Shown here piece after piece: positions 40,880 to 52,436 of a stretch of DNA of 64,000 nt. This stretch comes from an uncultured candidate division Zixibacteria bacterium (lineage in GTDB: Bacteria > Zixibacteria > MSB-5A5 > GN15 > FEB-12). A program made the position numbers and the translations under genes. Positions within the stretch are counted from its first letter, which is position 1; each line of letters begins with the position of its first letter. The stretch is from positions 448,001 through 512,000 of the forward strand of contig CAVTJJ010000006.1 in the NCBI GenBank assembly GCA_963735035.1, read 5' to 3'. The notes under the pieces are model-generated. The model saw only the letters and a program-made list of their open reading frames with translations. It did no database searches and was not told the origin of the DNA.

Positions 40880-43489
40880 TTACTTGAGCATCAGCATTTT
40901 GCGTGTGACGGTGCCTTCTTCGCAGTCCAAACGATAGAAGTAGACTCCGCTGGCGGTTTCAATCCCGGTTTCGTCGCGCCCGTCCCAGGTTACGTCATAA
41001 CTACCGGGGAAGTAGAGCCGGTCGGCGAGTGACCGGACCTTCTGGCCAAGTACGTTGTAAATGCTCAGGCTTACATATTCCCGGCGCGATAAGGAGAAGC
41101 TGATCATGGTGCCGCCGTTGAACGGGTTGGGGTAATTCTGTGACACCGAGAATTCGGCAGGAAGAAGCGCGCCCGGGTCATCAACGGGGGTGGCGTCGGG
41201 CGAGTAGGCGTTAACCGAGAAAGCGGAACTGTTGGAATCGGCGTCCGTGGCGACCGCTGTCAGGACAATCGGTATCGGGGGACCGGAAGGTAGGAAGACT
41301 TCGTAGAAGCCAAGCGCGTCCGCAGTAGTGTTGCCGAGATAGGTATACCCCTCACCTGAGCCCGAGGGGTCCGGTTGACCGACATCGTAGAAATCGATTC
41401 TCGAGCCCGGTAGCGCATTGCGACCCTCAACGTACCTGGGACTGTAAGTATACAATATCCCGACCTGAGTAATTTCGGGGGGAGTAATACCGTTTTGGGC
41501 TGAATCGCGAAGGTCTATGCCCAGGCCGTCGTTATTGTACATCGAATTGCGGCGAATGAGATTGTTGCGAGTTTCCGAGCCGGTTATGTAGACGCCGGCT
41601 CCTTCATTGCCGACGATCAAATTGCACTCACGAATAGATTCGCCGCCAATGATATTGTTGTGGGCACCGGAATAGACACCGATACCGTGGCCGCGATTGC
41701 CCACGATCGTTTGATTCCCCAGGTTGGGTCCGATCAGGTTTCCTGATATTCTGTTATGAGCGGTCGAGACACCGTACATGTGAATGCCCCCCGCGTGCCC
41801 CTCTATCGGATCATGTATGCCGTTGCCCGAAATAATATTACCATCGGTGATGTCTGCACCGCCAATAACATTGTACTGTGCGCCGTCTCCGATAATCACG
41901 CCGGATGAACCGTTTTGCCTGGCGCGCACTCCGGTGGCATCCAGGCCGATAATGTTGGCCATGACCCGGTTGAAATCCGTCCCGGCTCCGATTAGAAGTA
42001 CGCCACAGTCGTAGGGGAAAGTATCCGAACCGTTTCCGGAAATAACGTTGCGGTACTCGGCCGTCAGCCCGCCTATGGTATTGGATTTCGCGCCGTCACT
42101 TATGCAGACACCTACCGAATTCCCGAGTGAACTGGTGCCTGCATAACTGAGGCCGATATAGTTCCCGATGACAAGATTGTCCTTGGTGCCTTCTCCCTGA
42201 ATTCCAACGCCGAAGCGGTAGTTGGCTGAGATGATATTGCGAAGCGCCGAAGTCGTCCCACCTACTATGTTGTAATTCGCTCCACCGTCAATAGTGACCC
42301 CATCACCGTTGGTCAACCAGCCGTTGCTTACATAACCGTAGCCTGCGCGAGACAAACCGATCCAGTTGGCCGTCAGTAGGTTGTACATCACCGTTGGGCC
42401 GGACAAATGTACGCCGCTCGCAGCGTTGCCGGAAATCAGGTTGCCGGATTCGAGTTGCGTCCCGCCGATCTGGTTGTCATGGGCACCGTCGGCGATGTAG
42501 ATACCGTCGCTCAAGTTGCCTACCGCCTCATAGCCGGCCTGGTTGGTGCCGATCAGATTGCCGTCAACGCGATTGTTCGCAACGCCGCTTCCTGCCAGTG
42601 TGATACCGTTGCCCCAGTTACCCGAGATGATGTTGCCTTCGGGAAGACTATCACCGCCGATGAAGTTGTTATTGGCGTCTCCGAGCACTGCAATGCCGTC
42701 GCGCTGATTTCCCGGGCCCGAATTACCGGTACTGTCGAGGCCGATGAAGTTTCCGGCGATGCGATTGTCTGAGGTGCCGGCAGATACGACTACGCCATAG
42801 CCCACATTTCCCGAAATGATGTTGCGGGCGCCGGTAGAGAGACCGCCGATCCAATTGAGTCGGGCTCCGTGCTCAATGGCGATACCGTTGGCATTTCCTT
42901 CAACCGTCATACCGTTGGCCGCTAAGCCGATGTAATTCCCCTCAACCGTATTGCCGACCGCCTCCGGTCCCGTGATCCTGATGGCGCAGCTGAGACTGTT
43001 GTCGAGGCCGTTGGCAATGAAGATCAGTCCGGCATTCTGAACGCCGATTCGGTTAGCCGAACCGAAGATCTCGAAGCCGTCGCCGCGAGACCGTCGCACA
43101 AGCAGGGATTGCACTGTATTGGAATCCGATTCTATGATGAAAGTATTCTGATTGATCGGGTTGGCGACCGCGTCGATTATAGGTCGACCACCCGTTCCCA
43201 CAATCATTGTACTGTTGTCCTGCAAATAGAGGGAGCCGAGACTCAAACGGATCGGGCCAATCTCAACAGGGACCAGAATAGTATCCGGGCCCGCAAGGGC
43301 ATTGGCTTCTTCGATCGCCGCTCGCAGTGTGCATTGTGAGGAATCAGGACTGATCCCGTCACTTGCTACACCATCGCCGGGCAAGGCATCGTGAGCATCC
43401 GCGTCCGAATTGACGTAGAACGTGGCAGCCGGAGCGCTTCCGGCAAGAACCGCAAGGCAGAGAGCGGCTATGAGGATGAAGAGACGCAT
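40880..43489 (-). CDS. secreted CSLREA-type parallel beta-helix repeat protein with FlgD/T9SS-like C-terminal domain
   Basis: CTLRAAIEEAN; repeated GN(Y/F)IG...N.IGG....NIISGN; QNYPNPFN...ASGVYFYRL...RKMLMLK. Confidence 0.85.
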   Translation of the reverse strand: MRLFILIAALCLAVLAGSAPAATFYVNSDADAHDALPGDGVASDGISPDSSQCTLRAAIEEANALAGPDTILVPVEIGPIRLSLGSLYLQDNSTMIVGTGGRPIIDAVANPINQNTFIIESDSNTVQSLLVRRSRGDGFEIFGSANRIGVQNAGLIFIANGLDNSLSCAIRITGPEAVGNTVEGNYIGLAANGMTVEGNANGIAIEHGARLNWIGGLSTGARNIISGNVGYGVVVSAGTSDNRIAGNFIGLDSTGNSGPGNQRDGIAVLGDANNNFIGGDSLPEGNIISGNWGNGITLAGSGVANNRVDGNLIGTNQAGYEAVGNLSDGIYIADGAHDNQIGGTQLESGNLISGNAASGVHLSGPTVMYNLLTANWIGLSRAGYGYVSNGWLTNGDGVTIDGGANYNIVGGTTSALRNIISANYRFGVGIQGEGTKDNLVIGNYIGLSYAGTSSLGNSVGVCISDGAKSNTIGGLTAEYRNVISGNGSDTFPYDCGVLLIGAGTDFNRVMANIIGLDATGVRARQNGSSGVIIGDGAQYNVIGGADITDGNIISGNGIHDPIEGHAGGIHMYGVSTAHNRISGNLIGPNLGNQTIVGNRGHGIGVYSGAHNNIIGGESIRECNLIVGNEGAGVYITGSETRNNLIRRNSMYNNDGLGIDLRDSAQNGITPPEITQVGILYTYSPRYVEGRNALPGSRIDFYDVGQPDPSGSGEGYTYLGNTTADALGFYEVFLPSGPPIPIVLTAVATDADSNSSAFSVNAYSPDATPVDDPGALLPAEFSVSQNYPNPFNGGTMISFSLSRREYVSLSIYNVLGQKVRSLADRLYFPGSYDVTWDGRDETGIETASGVYFYRLDCEEGTVTRKMLMLK

Positions 43490-43528
43490 GTCAACCAACA
43501 AAGAATTTTGGTGCCCTGACTACAAGAA

Positions 43529-45736
43529 CTACTTCAACAATACCATCTTCCGCGTTTCGCTCGTCCGGAGTGTCGACATACGGTAGAAGTACACACCGCT
43601 GGCCACTCGCTCACCCGAGTGGTCGGTGCCGTCCCATTCTATCGAATGTTGACCGGCCGGCAAGACCTTCTCCAAAAGAGTGGCAACTCGCCGTCCGAGA
43701 ATATCGTAAACCGCGATCTCAACCCTACCCGATTGGGGTATCGTGAAGTCTATTCTAGTGCGAGGATTGAACGGATTGGGATAATTAGGTTGGAGGAATG
43801 CTGAGGCGTCAATCGAAGTCGGAGGTTCCTCCACCGGCGTCATTGTGCCGTCACGATATGAATAGAGATGAACCGCCGTTCCGTCCGATACAGCCAGAAC
43901 GGAGTCACCAAAAGCTATGTCGTGGCCTCCATAGCCTCCGTACGTAATAACCGACGGTACAGTCTGACGAATATCAAGTATCAATACCCCCTGCGGACCC
44001 ACACCATACAGCGCGTCCGGTGTGAACGTTGAGGTCTCCACCTCAATAGGTAGTGATCCCAGATAACGGATAAAGGGTAGGCCGTCGGGTGATACCAGAA
44101 TCTCGTACATCTGGTTGCCGTCGAAAGCCAGGGCTATCCCGCTCCTCCAGCCCCCACTGGGAGAATGGCGTTTGTCTACAAACTGCATGTGGTCTAGATC
44201 TTGCCTTATAGAGCCCTGCCACCAGTGGGTGGCGAAGAAACTAGGATATATCAGATAGGTATGAATCTGTTGACTGGTTGTCGTTACTATCAGGAATGAA
44301 TCTATCACAAAGGCATCGCTGACCTGTTCCGGCACCATAACAGTTTGATCTGCAGATATGTGAAGCGTATTGTCAGACGAGACCGTCACAAGGCTTATCG
44401 TTCTGTCTCCGATGAGAAGCAGCAACGAGACCGAATCGTTCGGAGTATAATCGTAGTACTTCATGCCACGCGTCGGCAGACTCGTGCCGGTGACGGATGA
44501 CAGCATCGTTACCGAGGCCCCTGAGATTCTGAGCGCCGAAGTCCGGTTGCCAATGCTAGTGTGGGTGAAAAGAACGTCCCCGCCATCAACCATGGCGTCA
44601 ACACCGATCAACGAATACAATGCCGTATCGCGTACGGCCTTGAGAGATCGGTCGAGTCGGAAGGTTTCCAGCGGATTCTGGGCGCCACCGGTGCACAATG
44701 TCCCTTGGTTGAACGCGAGTCCACCTATTGGGCCCGGATGGCTGAAGAACCGGCGGGGCTGGGGATCGTACCAGAGATTCTTGAGGTCGAATCCGGCTAG
44801 GCCGAGACTGCCCGAAATGAAAACGACGTACGGATTCCCCTCGAAGTGGCAAGTAGTGCCCAACGGTTGCAGGGCCAGGTTGGGCGGAAATGTGATCGAA
44901 ATGATTCCGCCGTTAACTGTCGACATCATTTCGAGACGCTCTTGACCGATGTCGATGGCTACAATGAAACTGTCGATGGCGAAGATTCGCTGTGGTATGA
45001 TGGTGAAACCTGCCGAATCGATCAATTCCGGATGATTCAAGAACGTCGCGCGATAGACCAAGGCCTGGTCTACCAGTGCGAGAACCAGCGTATCTCCGGC
45101 CTGAAAGAATGACTCCGCCCGTCGTGGGACCATTATACGATCAACCACCTGGCCGATACCTGACGAGGTTGGCGCGTAGCGAAGGAGGCCGTTGTAATCA
45201 TCGAGGACTATTAGATACGTGTCCTGGCTTTCGACCTGAACACAGTGAATCGGGACCAGGCTCGAATCGACAAACTGCAAGACTCCGCCGGGTTGCAAAG
45301 AGAAGTGGCGAAGTCCGTCAAACCCGCAGGCGAGGTACAGATCATTACCTACTGCCACGGCATCGTAGACATTGGTGACGAGATCGGTTTGACCTATCAG
45401 GGTCAACTCCGGCAAGTTGGACAGATCAACGAAATAGAGAATTCCAGCCGAAGTGGACACGGTGGCGAGCGTCCCGGCCACGGTAAGTTCCAGGGCCTGA
45501 TTGCCAAGCTGGAGCTGATTTACCTGTGAGAATGTCCCGCTGGCGCTGTCGAGCTGAAGCACCGCCACCCCGAAATCGGACGAGGCCAGCGCGTATCCGT
45601 CGAGAATTTCGATAGCATTGAACTGATTCCACAGGAATGAATAATCCGGGCCAGTGGCGAGATCGGCGGCGGAGGTAATGGGCGCCGGGATCGCCATCAT
45701 AAGCAGCGCAGTCAGAAATATCGGGTATCTGATCAT
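43529..45736 (-). CDS. secreted beta-propeller-like (LVIVD-like) protein with FlgD/T9SS-like C-terminal domain
   Basis: Signal peptide; LYLACGFDGL-type blades; NYPNPFNP...WDGTD...ASGVYFYRM...RKMVLLK. Confidence 0.75.
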   Translation of the reverse strand: MIRYPIFLTALLMMAIPAPITSAADLATGPDYSFLWNQFNAIEILDGYALASSDFGVAVLQLDSASGTFSQVNQLQLGNQALELTVAGTLATVSTSAGILYFVDLSNLPELTLIGQTDLVTNVYDAVAVGNDLYLACGFDGLRHFSLQPGGVLQFVDSSLVPIHCVQVESQDTYLIVLDDYNGLLRYAPTSSGIGQVVDRIMVPRRAESFFQAGDTLVLALVDQALVYRATFLNHPELIDSAGFTIIPQRIFAIDSFIVAIDIGQERLEMMSTVNGGIISITFPPNLALQPLGTTCHFEGNPYVVFISGSLGLAGFDLKNLWYDPQPRRFFSHPGPIGGLAFNQGTLCTGGAQNPLETFRLDRSLKAVRDTALYSLIGVDAMVDGGDVLFTHTSIGNRTSALRISGASVTMLSSVTGTSLPTRGMKYYDYTPNDSVSLLLLIGDRTISLVTVSSDNTLHISADQTVMVPEQVSDAFVIDSFLIVTTTSQQIHTYLIYPSFFATHWWQGSIRQDLDHMQFVDKRHSPSGGWRSGIALAFDGNQMYEILVSPDGLPFIRYLGSLPIEVETSTFTPDALYGVGPQGVLILDIRQTVPSVITYGGYGGHDIAFGDSVLAVSDGTAVHLYSYRDGTMTPVEEPPTSIDASAFLQPNYPNPFNPRTRIDFTIPQSGRVEIAVYDILGRRVATLLEKVLPAGQHSIEWDGTDHSGERVASGVYFYRMSTLRTSETRKMVLLK

Positions 45737-48700
45737 TTCACCAGTACCATCTTTCGGGTAGATTCCATGCCGCCGGCCTGGAGGCGGTAGAAGTATACGC
45801 CCGAGGCTAGTTGCGATCCGTCAAATTCAACCGTCTGACTACCCGCGGGAAGTATCTGGTCGACCAGGGTAGACACTTTCTGTCCCAGCACATTGAAGAC
45901 CTCGAGCCGGGTCTGGGTGCGAACAGGCAACTCGAAAGTAATTGCGGTGGACGGATTGAACGGGTTCGGATAGTTCTGATAGAGCCGGAATTCACGCGGC
46001 AGGGTATTCAGGATGTCTTCGGGAGCGTCGGTCGTCTCGCTGGTCTTGCTATAGACGCCGGAATTCAGGTTGTCCATCGTGATCCGAGCGCGATTGCGGC
46101 CGCCGTCGTACGATGTTTCGAAGTCCCAGATGTAAACGCAGATTCCTTCGCTGACCAGGACCATTTCTACCAGTCCGTCGCCATCGATATCATCGACCAA
46201 CGGCGCATACGGGGTGGAAAACACCATGCTGGGATCGGTCGGGGTGGAAATGGGCCATCCGGGAACCGGAGTGACGGTATGATCCAGAATGTGAATCTTC
46301 TCGCGGCCCGTGCTGGGGAAGAGGTAACCGGATCGAATCACTATCTCGGGATATTTGTCACCGACGAGATTGGCGACTATCGGTGAACTGAAAGTCGCAC
46401 CGTACCGATACGCTTCGCCGGCCGGGCGTCCCTCGATCGTGATGTACGGAGATCCGTCGGCTCTGAATATATAGAGCACGGCGATGTCGTATTCATAATA
46501 CGTAACCAGAACTTCAGGGACTCCGTCCAGATCAAGGTCGGCTGTCATCGGATAGCTTCCCAGCCAGTTCTTGATTTCCGGGAACGACTTGGGCCAACCG
46601 GGCAGGTTCTGTGTTCCTCGAGTCTTTACCCAAACAGTCGGTGAGCCGAGCGTGTCCATTCCGGAAGTGACAATCTCCGGAAGATTATCGCCGTTGAGAT
46701 CAGCCAGGACGGTGCCGTAGACATCCGTGGCCTTGATCACATATGGTAGAGGACGATTGAAAGCAGGCTGACCGGTGCGTCCTTCGAAGACGCCTACGCC
46801 GCAGTAACCGGAAACGGCCGCACAAGAAGCCACCAACTCCCGGTAGCCGTCGCCGTCGAGATCCGCCCCGCTCAGTCCATTGCCGTTATAATATGTTGAT
46901 GACGTTGGCTCGAGGTTGAACGACGCAAACCAACCCTCCAGAGAGTAGAAGTACGACTGACCGTTGAAATCGTATGCTAGCAAATTGCTGTTGTCGTCCA
47001 GAATGACGATCGCCGAGTCTTCCTGGGGATCAAGCAGTACAACGGAGGGATTGGGAGATCCATATCCCCGGCGACCGATGTATCGTTTGATCGGCCACCC
47101 GGGAACATAGGTCCCGTCAGAATTGAAGACGTGAAGGCCGCTGTCGGAGGCGCAAATGATCTCTCCGAATCCATCTCGATCTACATCGTAGACTGCAGGG
47201 ACACCGCGAGCAGGCTGTTCGTATAGGACCGGGAAACCCGGCATCGGGCGACCGTCGGAACGAAATACATTCAGCCCGTACAACGTCCCGACTATGATTT
47301 CCTGTGTGCCGTCATTGTCGAGGTCGGCCGTAGTGGCGCTCAACCCGCCCCGGCCAGTCAGGTTCTGGGGCCAGCCATGAGCAAAGGCCGACGAGAGTGT
47401 GAAGTTCACACTGTCCGCCACCGTGCCGGACAAGAAATGTCCTTCGAGATAGATTGTATACTGGCCCAGATCCACCCCGGAGGCATTCCAACTATAGATT
47501 AGCGAATCAAAATACTCGGCGCCGGTCTCGTAGAGCAACTGTCTGGCTCCTCCGTCACTTCGGTAGTACACCGATAGAGACTGGAAATCTGTTCCGTAGA
47601 CTTTTCCTTTGATGGGAATATTGTAATCGAGCGACGAGCCGGGGAGCGGCGAGGTCAATTCAAGCGCACTTCCAACTACCAGTATGATAGGAAGAAAACG
47701 GGCAGTGCCATAGTCGTCAGTCAATCTCAGAGTAACGTGTCCGATGAAACGGGGGTCGGCAAGCGTGAACAGAAGAGAGTCAACCGGGGGATGAGTGCCG
47801 GAAGCGAGCGGGTGCCAATTATTCGGGTCATTGTCCGGGGCACAGGAGAGACTCCAGCCGCCGGTGTATCCGCCAATTGCGACAGCTTTTATTCCAACTT
47901 GGCCGACATCGCGGGTGTACGGTTCAGGACCCGAGAAGTATAGTCCGCCCTGTCGCGTAATCGCAAGGGATCGTCCGATATCCAGGTACCCGTAACCGCT
48001 GATTGAATCGGGACCGGGAAGAGAATCACCTTTGCCTAACGGGTCAATCAGATCGCGCGCGCCAGCCTCGAGATCAGACAACACTTGATCCGGGGTTAGT
48101 TGAGGACGAATGGACCAGATAAGCGCGGCGGCTCCGGCCACCATCGGGGCGGCCATGGAAGTGCCATCCGCCAGGTAGTAAAGCGAGTCCGGCCCTATAA
48201 TATGCACCCCCGGTTCACCCGCCGAAGCGTACATGTCGGTTCCGGCTGCTCGAAGTGACAGGATATTCTGCCCCGGGGCGCAGATGTCCAGGTGAGGACC
48301 ACAAGTGCTGAACGACGTCACCCGGCCGTTATCGTCTCCCGCGCCGACTGCCATTACTTCATCAAACGCGGCCGGGTAGAAGATCTGTGACGTTCCGGTA
48401 TTGCCGGATGACACAAAGACAAGAACGCCATTGTCGCGGGCGAACTTGACAGCATCTTTGAGCAGCATGCTTTCAAAGGGTGTGCCCCAACTTATGTTTA
48501 TGATATTGGCCCCGGAGTTGACGGCGTACACAATGCCGGCCGCTCCGATTGTCGTCGTTCCGTTGGGACGGATCTTGACAGCCATGATTTCCGCCGACGG
48601 AGCAATCCCCACAACGCCCTGGCCATCGCGCGCGGCGGCAATAATCCCCGCGATGTGTGTCCCGTGACCGAAATTGTCGGTCGGGTCATTATCGCCACCC

Positions 48701-49413
48701 GTATCGATCATCGAAACCGTATCGCCCGAGACATCATATCCAATCGTATCGTCGATAAAGCCGTTGTGGTCGTCGTCGATGCCGTTGCCGGGAATCTCGT
48801 CCGAGTTGTGCCACAAATGGTCACGGAGTTCAGGGTGCGTGGGATCGACGCCGGTATCGACTACCGCCACTACAACTTTGGTTGCAAGAGCCGGCGGCGA
48901 CTGATAGAATGAAGACAGGTCGATGTCGCTGCCAGCCGATCCGGAGCGGAGCACGAGGAGATCGTTATTGTCTCCAGTTACCCGCTCCACTGCCCAATGA
49001 GTCTGTCCGGTGTTCCTTAGATACCATTGATGGGCGAACAAGGCGTCAGTAGGATAACCGAAGAACTCCAGCTCATAGACCGGTTCAACATATTCGACGT
49101 TCTGAGGTCCGATCTGATCCAGGATTTGTTCGGCGGTCAAGTTCGGATCGTCCACATTAATTGTGTATATGCGATTCCAGAACTCGGCTCCGTTCAGAGT
49201 CGATTTCACCTGGAGTTGAGAGACGGCATCCAGATGCTGATCGGACGATAACGCCGCACTCAAGATAGCCTTCGACGACGACGAAGCCAACTTAACTACG
49301 AATCGTCCGGGAATTGGACCGGCCGCCTGTAAAGGGTGGGCACAGATAAAGAATGTGAGGGTGGCAAACAGCGTCAGGAGTGAAATTGGAACTCGGTACC
49401 CTGGAGTGTGCAT
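45733..49413 (-). CDS. S8 subtilase with FG-GAP/VCBS repeats and T9SS-like C-terminal domain
   Basis: Triad VVDTG, GHGTHIAG, GTSMAAP; repeated ADLD.DG..E and GWP; QNYPNPFNP tail; AGGAG before ATG 49413. Confidence 0.92.
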   Translation of the reverse strand: MHTPGYRVPISLLTLFATLTFFICAHPLQAAGPIPGRFVVKLASSSSKAILSAALSSDQHLDAVSQLQVKSTLNGAEFWNRIYTINVDDPNLTAEQILDQIGPQNVEYVEPVYELEFFGYPTDALFAHQWYLRNTGQTHWAVERVTGDNNDLLVLRSGSAGSDIDLSSFYQSPPALATKVVVAVVDTGVDPTHPELRDHLWHNSDEIPGNGIDDDHNGFIDDTIGYDVSGDTVSMIDTGGDNDPTDNFGHGTHIAGIIAAARDGQGVVGIAPSAEIMAVKIRPNGTTTIGAAGIVYAVNSGANIINISWGTPFESMLLKDAVKFARDNGVLVFVSSGNTGTSQIFYPAAFDEVMAVGAGDDNGRVTSFSTCGPHLDICAPGQNILSLRAAGTDMYASAGEPGVHIIGPDSLYYLADGTSMAAPMVAGAAALIWSIRPQLTPDQVLSDLEAGARDLIDPLGKGDSLPGPDSISGYGYLDIGRSLAITRQGGLYFSGPEPYTRDVGQVGIKAVAIGGYTGGWSLSCAPDNDPNNWHPLASGTHPPVDSLLFTLADPRFIGHVTLRLTDDYGTARFLPIILVVGSALELTSPLPGSSLDYNIPIKGKVYGTDFQSLSVYYRSDGGARQLLYETGAEYFDSLIYSWNASGVDLGQYTIYLEGHFLSGTVADSVNFTLSSAFAHGWPQNLTGRGGLSATTADLDNDGTQEIIVGTLYGLNVFRSDGRPMPGFPVLYEQPARGVPAVYDVDRDGFGEIICASDSGLHVFNSDGTYVPGWPIKRYIGRRGYGSPNPSVVLLDPQEDSAIVILDDNSNLLAYDFNGQSYFYSLEGWFASFNLEPTSSTYYNGNGLSGADLDGDGYRELVASCAAVSGYCGVGVFEGRTGQPAFNRPLPYVIKATDVYGTVLADLNGDNLPEIVTSGMDTLGSPTVWVKTRGTQNLPGWPKSFPEIKNWLGSYPMTADLDLDGVPEVLVTYYEYDIAVLYIFRADGSPYITIEGRPAGEAYRYGATFSSPIVANLVGDKYPEIVIRSGYLFPSTGREKIHILDHTVTPVPGWPISTPTDPSMVFSTPYAPLVDDIDGDGLVEMVLVSEGICVYIWDFETSYDGGRNRARITMDNLNSGVYSKTSETTDAPEDILNTLPREFRLYQNYPNPFNPSTAITFELPVRTQTRLEVFNVLGQKVSTLVDQILPAGSQTVEFDGSQLASGVYFYRLQAGGMESTRKMVLVK

Positions 49414-49703
49414 TTTTGCGTTCAGGTCTCCTAAGACTTCAGATATCACAGAGTACAAACGATAAGTCACCCACAGACGTTTAATCCCGATTGTCGATCA
49501 TTTCGCCGGGGCCTTCGGCTACGGCTATATTTGGCCACTGACAGCGGGTTTCTCGACCAAAGGACATATCCGAACTTTCGTAAACGGAACTTCAAATCGG
49601 TGCAACGATTGGTGCAGACTCCGGTTTGTCGCGTTCCAGTCACACTCTTACTTCAATATAGGCCGGTCTGCCCGATTATCCAAGCCCGCCGATGCGGGGA
49701 GAG

Positions 49704-52185
49704 CTACAAGCATTGCGGCAGAGGACTAAGTGACACAAACAAGTGATCTATCAGCAGCGAAATGTCGCCGATCGTAATGTCAGACGAAGAGGGAGTAAGC
49801 CCTCCGGACTGATTGACGTCAGCTTCGGGATAGCAATCTAACGGAACCCCATTGATGAACAAATGTGAGATGAGTGCCGATATGTCCCCGATGGTCGGTT
49901 CGTACTGCAGATCGCCGTTGGCATCTCCTACGATACCCTGACAGCAACTGGCCGTGATAGAACCGTCATAGGACACCGGCGCGTAAGTGCCTGCATTAAC
50001 GGTGAAGATCAGACTGTGTCCGGTATAGTTGAAGACTGAAACCGGGTTGCTGCCCGTCATGCTTCCGGAACGATGAAACCAAAGCGAGCATGATCGCCCC
50101 GGTGCCGGGGTCGAGACGCTGACTTGTCAGCGACTGGACCAGGACAGAAGCCTGTTTTGAAACATCAATTCGGCTGAGAATAGACGCGGTCATCCAGGAA
50201 GACCTGAGGCCGGTGACGGTCACTGAGTCGAAAGCTATGTTCATGGTACCGGCGTAAGAAAATGGAAACTCGACCTGCGCCAGTGGAACGAAGTTACGCG
50301 CTGAGATATCAACTCGCCCGTAATCGCCGTCGAAGCGACTATTCCCGATCACCAGGGTATCGGCATAGATCGAAATCATATCAGTCACGGTTCTGGAATA
50401 GAACTGGCCGCTCGATTCAATGGTTGTAGAAACGCTAAAGGACCCGGGGGACAAGTACTCATGCGTCGGGTTTTGTAGATTGGAAGTGCCGCCGTCGCCA
50501 AAATCCCAGGCCCACGAAGTCGCCGGTCGGGCAGTCGAACCGGTGAAGTTCACTATCAAAGGAGCCGTCCCGAGGTTGATATCGGACTGAATATCGAGAC
50601 GGGCGTGGGCGACGGCGCCGTAGGCGTTAAGGAGACCGTACCCAAAGTAGATGTCGAAACCTGGGGCTCCAAGGTCGGTCGCGGTCGTCCTCAGTTGATC
50701 TTCAACTTCGGCGGGAGTTAATCCCGGCTCAACTGAGAGTACCAGGGCAGCGACTCCGGCGGCGTAGGGCGCCGAAAATGACGTGCCGTCGACGTAGGAG
50801 TAATTTCCCGAACTATAGCCGGCGAGGCCGGTACGATCGGTCGTGTAGATCGTCTGGCCGGGGGCCGCGAAACTTACTTCGGCGCCGTAACTGCTGAACG
50901 AAGCTTTGGCGCCGTATCGGTTGATCGCCGAGATGGCGTTGACCATCGAAAGGGATCCGGGGAATCCGATCGACTCGATGCCGTCATTTCCCGCCGATGC
51001 GAAATGCACCATCCCTGCATTGTAAGTGTCCTGGTATTTGGCCGCCACCGAACTCGAGTAGGGGAGACCGTTACTATTGCTGGAAATGCGGGCTCCCTGA
51101 CCCTGTCCCCAGGCCAAAGCATTTACGAGCCAACTGAATTGAAATGTTCCGCTCCCGTCACAGGGCACGTTGGCAACATTGAACTTGGCGGTCAATATCT
51201 TGCAGCCGGGGGCGGCGCCGATTGTTCCGAGGCTATTATTGATGATAGCCGCCACACATCCGCTGACGGCGGTGCCGTGGTTGTCGCAGCTATCTGGACG
51301 GTCCCCCGCCGGTGCCAGAGCCGGTGAAATCAGCGCCTCCGCCAATGTTCAAATCGGGATGAGTCAGCTCTGCTCCGTCGTCAAGGACCAGCACCTTTAC
51401 TGTGGGGCTTCCCGTCGTAATATCCCACGCCAAATCGCAATTCATGTCCATATTAACCGTGCCGCCGGACTGTCCGGTATTGTTGAGACCCCAGAGGTTC
51501 ACCCAACCCGGATCGTTGGGGGTCATGTCCTTCTTGAGGGTAGCCAGCATGTCCGGTTCGGCCCACTCGATCTTCGGGATCGCCGGCCAGCCGATTGGCC
51601 GTCGCCAGGACGTCAAAGCCGTTTCTGGAATTGCAGTGAATTCGATAAGCGCCGTCCATGTCGCCGAAATTCTCTTCGACTACATCGGTTCCAGTCGCCA
51701 GGGTCGCCAACGTCAGGCCGCCGTCCTTGCGATTTTCGGGCCGGACCCTGACCAACACGTCTGGCGTAACTATCATCCAGCCGCCGCTCGGCTGCAGCAA
51801 AACCGGGGACGCGAATTCAACGTTGGGGGATTCCAGGGCCTGAAGGACACGGCTGTTTACATCGGTGCTGCCGGCTGAGTTTTGTGAGGGTGTAACAAGC
51901 GTCCACCCGTCGACCCCGGTTTCCTGGACGTCTTGCGAGGAGAGGCCGACATTGGCCAGGGACGATTGATAGGGTGTCGCTTTGGCATGAAGGGCTGAAT
52001 TTCACCGCTATTCGATTCAGATCGAGTGTCACGTCGGCGGGGGATCCGTCGTAAACGTAAGAAGTCGAAAGTTCGGGTGGATTGATTGCGTTGGAAGTTG
52101 AGTTTGGTTGAGTTGCTCCAGCGAAGCCCGACAGTGCACCCAGGCCTGACAGGAGGATACCTAGTCCAATTGTACTGATCTTCAT
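49704..52185 (-). pseudogene. S8 subtilase-PKD-cohesin-like-dockerin-like protein, four +1 frame breaks (~51987, ~51575, ~51294, ~50088)
   Basis: Fragments join into signal peptide, prodomain, VLDDG/NHGTAVSG/GTSFSAP triad, WAWDFGDG PKD, cohesin-like domain and CCQGIVGDANGD tail. Confidence 0.85.
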
Positions 52186-52436
52186 TGTTCCTCGTCCCTT
52201 GTGCTGCAAACGCCAGTATGGCAGGTGGGGATATTGATCGCGGTGATACGTGAGGGAGACGCCAAGATCAATGCTCCGAAATCAAATATAATCAATACGC
52301 CCTGTTCAGCAATCAGAATTCAAACGCCGACTCGAACTTATAACAGGTACATGGTTAAGTTTGTGCCCGCTTCGTCAGGCTGCTTTTCAGCACAACGGTA
52401 TTAAAGACAATGAGATGACTCCGGCAGTCAGTCGAA

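Noticed and set aside
40124..43489. Functional link between pcm and the Asn-Gly-rich beta-helix protein upstream
   Set aside because: Pcm has no signal peptide while its neighbour is secreted; adjacency alone is insufficient
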